This document shows, piece by piece, positions 20,580 to 34,069 of a stretch of 64,000 nt of DNA. The DNA is taken from the NCBI RefSeq assembly GCF_964355755.1, contig NC_092674.1:29574001-29638000 (forward strand). The letters are read 5' to 3'. The notes below the pieces were generated by a model that searched no databases, was not told the origin of the DNA, and saw nothing but the letters and a program-made list of their open reading frames with translations. How positions within the stretch are numbered: position 1 is the stretch's first letter; the number at the start of each line of letters is the position of its first letter. The translations under genes and the position numbers were made by a program. The stretch comes from Antedon mediterranea. Its lineage: Eukaryota; Animalia; Echinodermata.

Positions 20580-21410
20580 AACATAATAACACTATAATAT
20601 TTGTAGATGAATGACGCGGACACGTACATATATGTTCATAAGTAATTGATATAAATTGACTTTTAAAAGTGGAATTAACACAAATGATTGTAGATAAATA
20701 TGACGTGAATTGCACGTACATTATGTTGATGAGTAGTATATTTATATAAATCGACTTTGAAAAGTGAAATAACACTAATATTTGTAGATGAATATGACGT
20801 GGACACGTACATATATTGATTAGTATATTGATATAAATCGACTTTTAAAAGTAAAATTAACACTAATATTTGTAGATGAATATGACTTGGACACGATTTA
20901 CATATGTTGATGAGTATATTGATATAAATCGACTTTTAAAAGTGAAATAACACTAATATTTGTAGATGAATATGACGTGGACACGTACGGTACATAATGT
21001 TGATGAGTATATTGATATAAATCGACTTTTAAAAGTGAAATAACACTATTAGTTGTACACTATTGATCATATATGAATATGACGTGAATTGCACGTACAT
21101 ATGTTGATGAGTAGGCCTATATTGATATAATTGACTTCGAAAAGTGAAATAACATTGATTTGTAAATGAATATGACGTGGACAAGTACATTTATTGATGA
21201 GTATATTGATAAATCGACTTTTAAAAGTGAAATAACACTAATATTTATAGATGAATATGACGTGGACACGTACATATGTTGATGAGTATATTGATATAAA
21301 TCGACTTTTAAAAGTGGAATTAACACTATTGATTGTAGACGTGAATTACATGTACATTATGTTGATGAGTGTATTGATATAAATCGACTAAACGTTAAAT
21401 AACACTATCT
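20580..21410 (+). repeat. Tandem array of a ~88-bp unit (~9 copies; resumes at ~22220-22390)
   Basis: AACACTAATATTTGTAGATGAATATGACGTGGACACGTACATATGTTGATGAGTATATTGATATAAATCGACTTTTAAAAGTGAAAT repeated. Confidence 0.9.
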
Positions 21411-22394
21411 TGTACAGGTACCCTCACTTGCACTGATGAAGGACTAGTGTTGCCCGAAAACTCTGCTAACTTTTCTGGCTGTTTACTTTATCTTTCTTTC
21501 TTTCTTTCTTTATTAAAAACAAACCAATTGGCAGCAAATCTGCTGAATTGCATGGTAAGGGACAATATACATTCAAAAGACAAGTAAAGTAATAGTCATC
21601 ATTAAACAAAATTATCGCAATTACAAAATATATGTAAATGTAAACATAAAGTTAAAAAAATATAGTCTTATTGCAAGGATATAGTATATACATTATTACT
21701 TAATTCATGGATTAAAGAATAGTCCATGCTTAATTACAGTATAAAAATATAATCTTAAATTTAAGTTGCAGTATTTACATTGGTTTCTTAATTAAAGTCG
21801 ACTTCAGACAATTAAATAATTACAATTATACATTTACAAAAACATTAAATACAAAATTAAATGAGAATTAAGAATAAATTGAGTCAAATTCAAGAAATTT
21901 CTACTAGGCCTATATGTCAAATTAATTAATATCTGGTTACATTATACATTTATTTTCTTTTATTATTTAATCAATACTGTGGCAGCGAGTGAGAAACGGG
22001 ATTGCACTGTTTCCATATCTATTTGTCTTATTTTTGGGACCTGGTATGTATTACTTTTCCGTAAGGCCATATTATGCGTACTCATATTTCTCGGAAACCA
22101 CTCAGCATATCTATACGCATTAGCACATTTCGTTTTGATTTAGCTTTTCGCTTCTTTTTTTGTATCTCCATTGAGACCACAGCATTGTTATTATTTAAGT
22201 ATTTTGCCTTTGTTATTAAAGGTGAAATAACACTAATGACTGTAGATGATATGACATTTATGTTGATGTATATATTTTTGTATAATATAATATGCACACG
22301 TACATACGTTGATAGGTATTGATATAAATAGATTTTTTAAAGTACGGTAATAGACACTTTATTTGTAGATGAATACGACATGGACAAGTTGCAA

Positions 22395-25240
22395 TAAGTT
22401 TATCCTATTCTTTATCACTGTGCTCAAGTATACCAAAATGGCTATAGTTGAGAACAGTGTTAAACGGGATCGTACATTAATGTTATTTGTTGTATATTGT
22501 TAAGTTTATCCTATTCTTTATCACTGTGCTCAAGTATACCAAAATGACTATAGTTGAGAACAGTGTAAACGGGATCATACATTAATGTTATTTGTTGTAT
22601 ATTGTTAAGTTTATCCTATTCTTTATCACTGTGCTCAAGTATACCAAAATGACTATAGTCGAGAACAGTGTTAAACGGGATCATACATTAATGTTATTTG
22701 TTGTATATTATTAAGTTTATCCTATTCTTTATCACTGTGCTCAACTATACCAAAATGACTATAGTTGAGAACAGTGTTAAACGGGATCGTACATTGATGT
22801 TATTTGTTGTATATTGTTAAGTTTATCCTATTCTTTATCACTGTGCTCAAGTATACCAAAATGACTATAGTTGAGAACAGTGTTAAACGGGATCGTACAT
22901 TGATGTTATTTGTTGTATATTGTTAAGTTTATCCTATTCTTTATCACTGTGCTCAACTATACCAAAATGACTATAGGTGAGAACAGTGTTAAACGGGATC
23001 GTACATTGATGTTATTTGTTGTATATTGTTAAGTTTATCCTATTCTTTATCAATGTGCTCAAGTATACCAAAATGACTATAGTTGAGAACAGTGTTAAAC
23101 GGGATCATACATTAATGTTATTTGTTGTATATTGTTAAGTTTATCCTATTCTTTATCACTGTGCTCAAGTATACCAAAATGACTATAGTTGAGAACAGTG
23201 TAAACGGGATCATACATTAATGTTATTTGTTGTATATTGTTAAGTTTATCCTATTCTTTATCACTGTGCTCAAGTATACCAAAATGACTATAGTTGAGAA
23301 CAGTGTTAAACGGGATCATACATTAATGTTATTTGTTGTATATTATTAAGTTTATCCTATTCTTTATCACTGTGCTCAAGTATACCAAAATGACTATAGT
23401 TGAGAACAGTGTTAAACGGGATCGTACATTAATGTTATTTGTTGTATATTGTTAAGTTTATCCTATTCTTTATCACTGTGCTCAAGTATACCAAAATGAC
23501 TATAGTTAGAACAGTGTAAACGGGATCATACATTAATGTTATTTGTTGTATATTGTTAAGTTTATCCTATTCTTTATCACTGTGCTCAAGTATACCAAAA
23601 TGATTATAGTCGAGAACAGTGTTAAACGGGATCATACATTAATGTTATTTGTTGTATATTGTTAAGTTTATCCTATTCTTTATCACTGTGCTCAAGTATA
23701 CCAAAATGACTATAGTTTAGAACAGGGTTAAACTGGATCGTACATTAATGTTATTTGTTGTATATTGTTAAGTTTATCCTATTCTTTATCACTGTGCTCA
23801 AGTATACCAAAATGATTATAGTCGAGAACAGTGTTAAACGGGATCATACATTAATGTTATTTGTTGTATATTGTTAAGTTTATCCTATTCTTTATCACTG
23901 TGCTCAAGTATACCAAAATGACTATAGTCGAGAACAGTGTTAAACGGGATCGTACATTAATGTTATTTGTTGTATATTGTTAAGTTTATCCTATACTTTA
24001 TCACTGTGCTCAAGTATACCAAAATGACTATAGTTGAGAACAGTGTTAAACGGGATCATACATTAATTTTATTTGTTGTATATTATTAAGTTTATCCTAT
24101 TCTTTATCACTGTGCTCAAGTATACCAAAATGACTATAGTCGAGAACAGTGTTAAACGGGATCGTACATTAATGCTATTTGTTGTATATTATTAAGTTTA
24201 TCCTATTCTTTATCACTGTGCTCAAGTATACCAAAATGACTATAGTTGAGAACAGTGTTAAACGGGATCGTACATTAATGCTATTTGTTGTATATTATTA
24301 AGTTTATCCTATTCTTTATCACTGTGCTCAAGTATACCAAAATGACTATAGTTGAGAACAGTGTTAAACGGGATAGTACATTAATGTTATTTGTTGTATA
24401 TTATTAAGTTTATCCTATTCTTTATCACTGACGTGCTCAAGTATACCAACATGACTATAGTCGAGAACAGTGTTAAACGGGATCATACCTTAATGCTATT
24501 TGTTGTATTATTAAGTTTATCCTATTCTTTATCACTGTGCTTAAGTATACCAAAATGACTATAGTTGAGAACAGTGTTAAACTGGATGGTACATTAATGT
24601 TATTTGTTCTATATTATTAAGTTTATCCTATTCTTTATCACTGTGCTCAAGTATACCAAAATGACTATAGTTGAGAACAGTGTTAAACTGGATCGTACAT
24701 TAATGCTATTTGTTGTATATTATTAAGTTTATCCTATTCTTTATCACTGTGCTCAAGTATACCAAAATGACTATAGTTGAGAACAGTGTTAAACTACATC
24801 GTACATTAATGTTTTGTTGTATATTGTTAAGTTTATCCTATTCTTTATCACTGTGCTCAAGTATACCAAAATGACTATAGTTGAGAATAGTGTTAAACGG
24901 GATCATACATTAATGTTATTTGTTGTATATTGTTAAGTTTATCCTATTCTTTATCACTGTTCTCAAGTATACCAAAATGACTATAGTTGAGAACATGGGT
25001 TAAACTGGATCGTACATTAATGTTTTTTGTTGTATATTGTTAAGTTTATCCTATTCTTTATCACTGTGCTCAAGTATACCAAAATTTCTATAGTTGAGAA
25101 CAGTGTTAAACTGGATCGTACATTAATGCTATTTGTTGTATATTGTTAAGTTTATCCTATTCTTTATCACTGTGCTCAAGTATACTAAAATGACTATAGT
25201 TGAGAACAGTGGTAAACTGGATCGTACATTAATTTTATCC
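22395..25240 (-). repeat. Inverted tandem array of the same 106-bp unit (~27 copies), right arm of FB-1
   Basis: Reverse complement of the 17433-20572 unit. Confidence 0.97.
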
Positions 25241-26091
25241 TTTGCTTTACTGTGCTTTGATTTGATAAGCAAGTTTGGTTGCCCCGCCCCCATATGCTAC
25301 CTACTAAATTAGGATTCCCTAGCTTTTCTATAAAAATTGAAGTACCCACAATGCACGTTATACGGAAGTCATAGTCTTGTAAAATACAGACACAATAGTT
25401 TTTATGGTATTGTTTTCATTTAAATATCACTAAGATTGTCTTAAACTACAAACAACTAAAATTAGTGAAGGTATGCAAGTGTTTCTAAATGTTTACTACT
25501 GATAGTATTAATACAATTTGGATTATATCATTTTCCAGAAAGGTAGAAAAAAACATAAAATAGTTGAGAATTCTCAACTAGCCAGGATGGTATAGGAAAT
25601 ATAGCTCACGCTAGCTATATACCTAGCCTCTAGCCTGACGTTGTATAGTTGCTGCATTAATTGTCTTTCTATTTTTGCCAGACTCCGGAGCTATATATCC
25701 AATACCAAATTGGCGAGTAAATCATGTTTTACTTTAAATTAAATTTATACGCTCTTCCACAAGGTCAATTGTTAGTTATACATACAGACTATATTAAAAC
25801 AATGATTTTGAACACGTAGGGCATTTCTTTAAATTCTTTCCTATTGTCGTTTTGTGGTAATTTACAGCTTTTTATATGTTTAACAAACGTACATAATCAA
25901 TTGCGTCTGCATCATGCTAGACTACAACTTCCGGTAGTGACGTAATCAGCATATTTTTGGTAATAAAACTTTTTCACTAAGCTAGGGAATCTTCTGATAT
26001 CAATATTCATTAGACCGTACTTTAGTTAGCCAATCAAAATAAACGTATAAACAATTTTGCGGCAATGTTACATGTTGTTGAGGTAAAATAT

Positions 26092-29000
26092 ACTGTGTTT
26101 TACAATAACCAATTTGGTTAGAGTAAAACACAATGATAAAGAATAGGAAACATTTAATAATATGATAAATGACATTTACGTAGCAATTTATCACTGTGTT
26201 TTACTATAACCAATTTGGTTAGAGTAAAACACAATGATAAAGAATAGGAAACGTTTAATAATATGATAAATGTCATTACATAGCAATTTATCATTGTGTT
26301 TTACTATAACCAATTTGGTTAGAGTAAAACACAATGATATAGAATAGGCAACATTTAATAATATGATAAATGACATTTACATAGCAATTTAGCACTGTGT
26401 TTTACTATAACCAATTTGGTTAGAGTAAAACACAATGATATAGAATAGGAAACATTTAATAATTTGATAAATGACATTTACATAGCAATTTTAGCACTGT
26501 GTTTTACTATAACCAATTTGGTTAGAGTAAAACACAATGATAAAGAATAGGAAACATTTAATAATAATGATTATTTACATAGCAATTTAGCACTGTGTTT
26601 TACTATAACCAATTTGGTTATAGTAAAACACAATGATAAAGAATAGGAAACATTTAATAATATGATATATGACATTCACATAGCAATTTATCACTGTGTT
26701 TTACTATAACCAATTTGGTTAAAGTAAAACACAATGATATAGAATAGGAAACATTTAATAATAATGATTATTTACATAGCAATTTAGCACTGTGTTTTAC
26801 TATAACCAATTTGGTTATAGTAAAACACAATGATAAAGAATAGGAAACATTTAATAATATGATATATGACATTCACATAGCAATTTATCACTGTGTTTTA
26901 CTATAACCAATTTGGTTAAAGTAAAACACAATGATATAGAATAGGAAACATTTAACAATTTGATAAATGACATTTACGTAGCAATTTATCACTGTGTTTT
27001 ACTATAACCAATTTGGTTAGAGTAAAACACAATGATAAAGAATAGGAAACGTTTAATAATATGATAAATGTCATTACATAGCAATTTATCACTGTGTTTT
27101 ACTATAACCAATTTGGTTAGAGTAAAACACAATGATATAGAATAGGCAACATTTAATAATATGATAAATGACATTTACATAGCAATTTAGCACTGTGTTT
27201 TACTATAACCAATTTGGTTAGAGTAAAACACAATGATATAGAATAGGAAACATTTAATAATTTGATAAATGACATTTACTTAGCAATTTTAGCACTGTGT
27301 TTTACTATAACCAATTTGGTTAGAGTAAAACACAATGATAAAGAATAGGAAACATTTAATAATAATGATTATTTACATAGCAATTTAGCACTGTGTTTTA
27401 CTATAACCAATTTGGTTAGAGTAAAACACAATGATAAAGAATAGGAAACATTTAATAATAATGATTATTTACATAGCAATTTAGCACTGTGTTTTACTAT
27501 AACCAATTTGGTTATAGTAAAACACAATGATAAAGAATAGGAAACATTTAATAATATGATATATGACATTCACATAGCAATTTATCACTGTGTTTTACTA
27601 TAACCAATTTGGTTAAAGTAAAACACAATGATATAGAATAGGAAACATTTAATAATATGATAAATGACATTTACATAGCAATTTAGCACTGTGTTTTACT
27701 ATAAACAATTTGGTTTAAGTAAAGCAGAATGATAAAGAATAGGAATTTAATAATATGATATATGACATTTACATAGCAATTTAGCACTGTGTTTTACTAT
27801 AACCAATTTGGTTAGAGTAAAACACAATGATAAAGAATAGGAAACATTTAATAATATGATATATGACATTCACATAGCAATTTAGCACTGTGTTTTACTA
27901 TAACCAATTTGGTTAGAGTAAAACACAATGATATAGAATAGGAAACATTTAATAATTTGATAAATGACATTTACATAGCAATTTAGCACTGTGTTTTACT
28001 ATAACCAATTTGGTTAAAGTAAAACACAATGATAAAGAATAGGAAACATTTAATAATATGATAAATGACATTTACATAGCAATTTAGCACTGTGTTTTAC
28101 TATAACCAATTTGGTTAAAGTAAAACACAATGATAAAGAATAGGAAACATTTAATAATATGATAAATGACATTTACATAGCAATTTAGCACTGTGTTTTA
28201 CTATAACCAATTTGGTTAAAGTAAAGCAGAATGATAAAGAATAGGAATTTAATAATATGATATATGACATTTACATAGCAATTTAGCACTGTGTTTTACT
28301 ATAACCAATTTGGTTATGGTAAAACACAATGATATAGAATAGGAAACATTTAATAATATTGATTATTTACATAGCAATTTAGCACTGTGTTTTACTATAA
28401 CCAATTTGGTTATAGTAAAACACAATGATATAGAATAGGAAACATTTAATAATATGATAAATGACATTTACATAGCAATTTATCACTGTGTTTTACTATA
28501 ACCAATTTGGTTATGGTAAAGCACAATGATATAGAATAGGAAACATTTAATAATATGATAAATGACATTTACATAGCAATTTATCACTGTGTTTTACTAT
28601 AACCAATTTGGTTATGGTAAAGCACAATGATATAGAATAGGAAACATTTAATAATATGATAAATGACATTTACATAGCAATTTATCACTGTGTTTTACTA
28701 TAACCAATTTGGTTAAAGTAAAACATAATGATAAAGAATAGGAAACATTTAATAATTTGATAAATGACATTTACATAGCAATTTAGCACTGTGTTTTACT
28801 ATAATCAATTTGGTTATGGTAAAGCACAATGATATAGAATAGGAAACATTTAATAATATGATAAATGACTTACATAGCAATTTAGCACTGTGTTTTACTA
28901 TAAACAATTTGGTTAAAGTAAAACACAATGATAAAGAATATGAAACATTTAATAATTTGATAAATGACATTCACATAGCAATTTAGCACTGTGTTTTACT

Positions 29001-30125
29001 ATAACCAATTTGGTTATGGTAAAGCACAATGATATAGAATAGGAAACATTTAATAATATGATAAATGACATTTACATAGCAATTTAGCACTGTGTTTTAC
29101 TATAACCAATTCGGTTATGGTAAAGCACAATGATATAGAATAGGAAACATTTAATAATAATGATTATTTACATAGCAATTTATCACTGTGTTTTACTATA
29201 ACCAATTTGATTAGAGTAAAACACAATGATATAGTATAGGAACATTTAATAACATGATAAATGACATTTACATAGCAATTTATCACTGTGTTTTACTATA
29301 ACCAATTTGGTTATGGTAAAGCACAATGATATAGAATAGGAAACATTTAATAATATGATAAATGACATTTACATAGCAATTTATCACTGTGTTTTACTAT
29401 AACCAATTTGGTTAAAGTAAAACATAATGATAAAGAATAGGAAACATTTAATAATTTGATAAATGACATTTACATAGCAATTTAGCACTGTGTTTTACTA
29501 TAATCAATTTGGTTATGGTAAAGCACAATGATATAGAATAGGAAACATTTAATAATATGATAAATGACTTACATAGCAATTTAGCACTGTGTTTTACTAT
29601 AAACAATTTGGTTAAAGTAAAACACAATGATAAAGAATATGAAACATTTAATAATTTGATAAATGACATTCACATAGCAATTTAGCACTGTGTTTTACTA
29701 TAACCAATTTGGTTATGGTAAAGCACAATGATATAGAATAGGAAACATTTAATAATATGATAAATGACATTTACATAGCAATTTAGCACTGTGTTTTACT
29801 ATAACCAATTCGGTTATGGTAAAGCACAATGATATAGAATAGGAAACATTTAATAATAATGATTATTTACATAGCAATTTATCACTGTGTTTTACTATAA
29901 CCAATTTGATTAGAGTAAAACACAATGATATAGTATAGGAACATTTAATAACATGATAAATGACATTCACATAGAAATTTAGCACTGTGTTTTACTATAA
30001 CCAATTTGATTAGAGTAAAGCACAATGATAAAGAATAGGAAACATTTAATAATATGATAAATGACATTTACATAGTAATTTATCACTGTGTTTTACTATA
30101 ACCAATTTGGTTAGAGTAAAACATT
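26092..30125 (+). repeat. Tandem array of a ~101-bp hairpin-containing unit (~40 copies), left arm of FB-2
   Basis: Unit CACTGTGTTTTACTATAACCAATTTGGTTAGAGTAAAACACAATGATAAAGAATAGGAAACATTTAATAATATGATAAATGACATTTACATAGCAATTTAG. Confidence 0.97.
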
Positions 30126-30359
30126 TTAACTATGATAAATGATATTTAGCACTGTGCTGGATAAAGTAAAACACAAATAAAGAATAGGAAACATATAATA
30201 ATGTGATACATTTACAAACAAATTTAGTATTGTGTTTTACTATAGCCAATTTGGTTACAGTAAAACACAATGATAATGAAACATTTATTATATGATGTTA
30301 TTTACATAGCAAAATATTATATTAAACATATCTTATTATCTAAACGTTATGATAAAGAA

Positions 30360-31610
30360 TAGGATACATATAATGTAATAATATAATAAATACAAGTTAC
30401 ATAGTTTATCATCTTGTTTTACAGAACCAATTTGGTGACACAGTTAAACACAGTGATAAAGAATAGATACTGTTTTAGGTTATATAACCCTAACCCTAGT
30501 TTGAAGCGACATAATAAATTCATCGCGAAAAAGTACGTATCGTATTCAGAAACTTTTGAAATTTGTTAGATATGTTTAATAGGTTCTTACGTCTATAAAA
30601 CAAACAAAAAATATAAATTTCACGAAAAATTCGTGATTTTAATAATTTGCATTTCTAAAAATGTACACTTATGAAATACCATACATTTTCCAACACATTT
30701 TTACTTCATTGATGATTCCCAGAAATCAAATTAAAACAAATTATGATATTTCTTTTACATTATAGATGTAAGAACCTATATTGAACATGTACCAAATTTC
30801 AAACGTTTTTTAAGACGATACGTATTTTTATCGATGAATTAAGTATGTGATCGCTTCAAACTAGGGTTAGGGTTAAATAACCTAACAGTTCCATTCTTTA
30901 ACACTGTGTTTAACTTTTAACCAAATTGGTTTTAGTACAACACAAGGATAAACTATGTACATTTTATTTTTCATATTACATTATAGGATACATATAATGT
31001 AATAATAATAAATACAAGTTACATAGTTTATCATCTTGTTTTACAGAACCAATTTGGTTACCCAGTTAAACACAGTGATAAAGAATAGACACTGTTTTAG
31101 GTTATATAACTCTAACCCTAGTTTGAAACGATCACATACTTAATTCATCGCGAAAAAATACGTATCGTATTCAGAAACATTTGAAATTTGGTAAATATGT
31201 TCAATAGGTTCTTACGTCTATAAAACAAACAAAAAATAAAAGTTTCAAGACAAATTCGTGATTTTAATAATTTGCATTTCTAAACATTTACACTTATGAA
31301 AGACAATACATTTCCAACACATTTTTACTTCATTGATGATTCCCAGAAATCAAAATAAAACTATTAGGATATTTCTTTTGCATTATAGATGTAAGAACCT
31401 ATATTGGACATATCTACCAAATATCAAACGTTTTTCAAGACGATACGTATTTTTAGCGATGAATATTAAATATGTGATCGCTTCAAACTAGGGTTAGGGT
31501 TAAATAAACTAAAACAGTTATATTCTTTATCACTCACTGTGTTTAACTTTTAACCAAAATGGTTATAGTAAAACACAATGATAAACTTATATGTAAATTT
31601 TATTTTTCAT
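30360..31610. repeat. Two tandem ~625-bp hairpin modules (~230-bp arms) inside FB-2; partial third at ~31860-32210
   Basis: 30360-30984 repeats at 30985-31610; each has TAACCCTAACCCTAGTTTGAAGCGA.. on the left arm and ..TCGCTTCAAACTAGGGTTAGGGTTA on the right. Confidence 0.8.
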
Positions 31611-32842
31611 AACATAAAATGTTTGATATTCTTTATAATATTTAATATTATATTTTAGGCCTACTATTAATGACGTATAAATGCACACTACATCTGAAAT
31701 AACTTTCTACTTCATTGGCGATTCTTACCAAAAAAAAAGAACTAATTTTGTTATGTATATAGAGCAACCTATTATAACATGTCTTGTATGATTTTTATCT
31801 CGTTTCAATGACATTTTATACTACAATTCAAATGAAAAAGCATCACAAAATACGTCTGGTATTCAAAAAGTTTCTAAACTCGGTACACAGAAAAAACGAA
31901 TATGTTGAAAATGTATGGTCTTTCATAAGTGTGAATTTTTAGAAATGCAAATAATGGAAGTCATCGATTTGTCTTGAAATTTATAATTTGTTTCGTCTTA
32001 TTGAATATATCTATACAAAATGTCAAACGTTTCTGAATACGATACGTTTTTTTTCTCGATGAATTTATAATGTCGCTTCAAACTAGAGGGTAGGGTAGTA
32101 ACCTAACAAGTATCTATTCTTTATCACTATGTTTAACTGTGTAACCATATTGGTTCTAATAAAAAACAATGATAAACTATGTAAATTGTATGTTTCATAT
32201 ATTACATTTTTGCCAAAAAAAATTATTGGGAATGTCAAATTTCTTTTTCATGACATATATCTACAAATTTCAGAAGCTTTTGAATACGAGTATTTTACGC
32301 AATGTTTTTTTATCCTCATTTTAATATTTTGGTAATGTAATTCACATGCATAAAGTTTTGTATCCAAAAATTGTTTATTCTTGGGTAGAAATGAGGAAAT
32401 AAATAGTATTCCTGTATAATATAATAATCACTAATAAAGTATTTAAAAAAGTGTTGTGTAAACGAACGTTTTTTACACTTCGAATTTTCTGTTACATTAT
32501 GTTTGAATTGAAGCTACAGATATTGAATCATGGACCTATAAATTAGTAATTTATAGGTCCATGATTGAACATATCGTCACTCACCACACATTTTTTGTTT
32601 TGTATTTCGAAAGTATTTATTCTAAAGAACAATTGATGCAAACATCAACTGCGTATCTTATTTCATTAATTAATTATATTAATTATAATTTGGCGATTAT
32701 TCGTCACACGAAGCGTCGAATATCGATTCGTCTCGTCATGGGAAGAAAACGTGCATTGCGCACACTGTTTACGCGTCTCAACAATAAACGGCGAATATGC
32801 GATTCGTCACTAATTATGGAACGCCGTTTTACACAAGTTTTT

Positions 32843-33689
32843 GGCGATGATAAAAATTGCGTCGATGATGAAATTGCGTCGATGAAAATTGCATCGACGC
32901 AATGTAGATTGCGTCGACGCAATTTACATTGCGTCGATGAAAATTGCATCGATGAAAATTGCGTCGATGAAAATTGCGTCGATGAAAACTGCATCGATGA
33001 AAATTGCGTCGATGAAAACTGCATCGATGAAAATTGATGTGATGAATTTAATTGATTATGAAAATTCCAAATGGTTTTAATTCAATCAATGATGAAAATG
33101 ACTACTAGTAAAGTAAATGATGATGTTAATAATGATGTTAATAATGTTATTATGTTGCTAAAAATTGACGGTTTCTGAATATTTTGATATGATAAACATG
33201 TTTACCGCTTGCGCTAGCGCGCGTTATAGACAAGCGCACAGTGAGCGCGCACTAAAACAATGTTGAAATATATGCACTGATTAACATTTTAGTGATTTAT
33301 TGTCAACACATTTTAGCAATGGATCCATTATTGTCCTTTCGGACACATTATATCTTCTAGCTAATTGCTTCCGTTAATCCACCAGTTCAGTAGGCCTACA
33401 TAAAATTCAGATGTCCAGCATCCATGACATCATATTCAAATCATACCGGCAGGGAGATCGCAATTTTCATCGATGCAGTTTTCATCGATGCAGTTTTCAT
33501 CGACGCAATTTTCATCGACGCAATTTTCATCACATTAACGCAATTTTCATTACATCGACGCAATTTTCATCGACGCAATGTTCATCACATCGACTTATAT
33601 TTTCATTACATCAATACTATATTCATCGACACAATTTCATCACATCGACGCAATTTTCATTGCATCATCGACGCGATTTTATCATCGCC
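32843..33689. mobile_element. Small foldback element with inverted arrays of a 15-bp unit (ATGAAAATTGCGTCG)
   Basis: Starts GGCGATGATAAAA, ends TTTTATCATCGCC; 15-mer array at 32860-33040 and its reverse complement at 33460-33680; no TSD resolved. Confidence 0.75.
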
Positions 33690-34069
33690 TAAACTGGCAT
33701 TCCATACTAATTGCGTGTGATCTGATTGGTGTATTATAAATAAATTCATCGCAATGAATTTTTCAGTAGATGTAATGAGACAGAGTTCAGTAGATGTAAT
33801 GACAGTTAATTTAATTGTTCTGCTCTTTTTGTACAAATCTATACTACTTTATATTATGGATTTTGTAGTACTGTTAAAATTATTAAATCTCTGGAAGTGT
33901 GTTTTACGAGTATGTCCGCAAATTTATGCGTTTACGGTTTTAAAATGTGAGTTTTAAATAGCGAACATGATCTTGTTAGGTGCACTACGCACGCAGTATT
34001 CCAAAATGTCTTACTAATTTGGAGAAAATCATATTGTATCATATCATATTATATCCATTCTTTAAATTC

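Larger units (their letters stand above)
17075..25607 (+). mobile_element. Giant non-autonomous foldback DNA transposon FB-1 (8.5 kb), 7-bp TSD ACGCTAG
   Basis: ACGCTAG at 17068-17074 and 25608-25614; ~49-bp imperfect TIRs CAGGTATATA...TGGCTAGTTGAGAATTCTCAACTATT / AATAGTTGAGAATTCTCAACTAGCCA...ATATAGCTC; empty site visible in the 55180-55809 copy. Confidence 0.9.

Noticed and set aside
30486-30498. Interstitial telomere
   Set aside because: Only two TAACCC hexamers, embedded in a repeat module.
32561-33720. Pentapeptide-repeat-like ORFs (DENCV/IASMK/FIDAI)
   Set aside because: Produced by the 15-bp DNA repeat, open in several frames on both strands.
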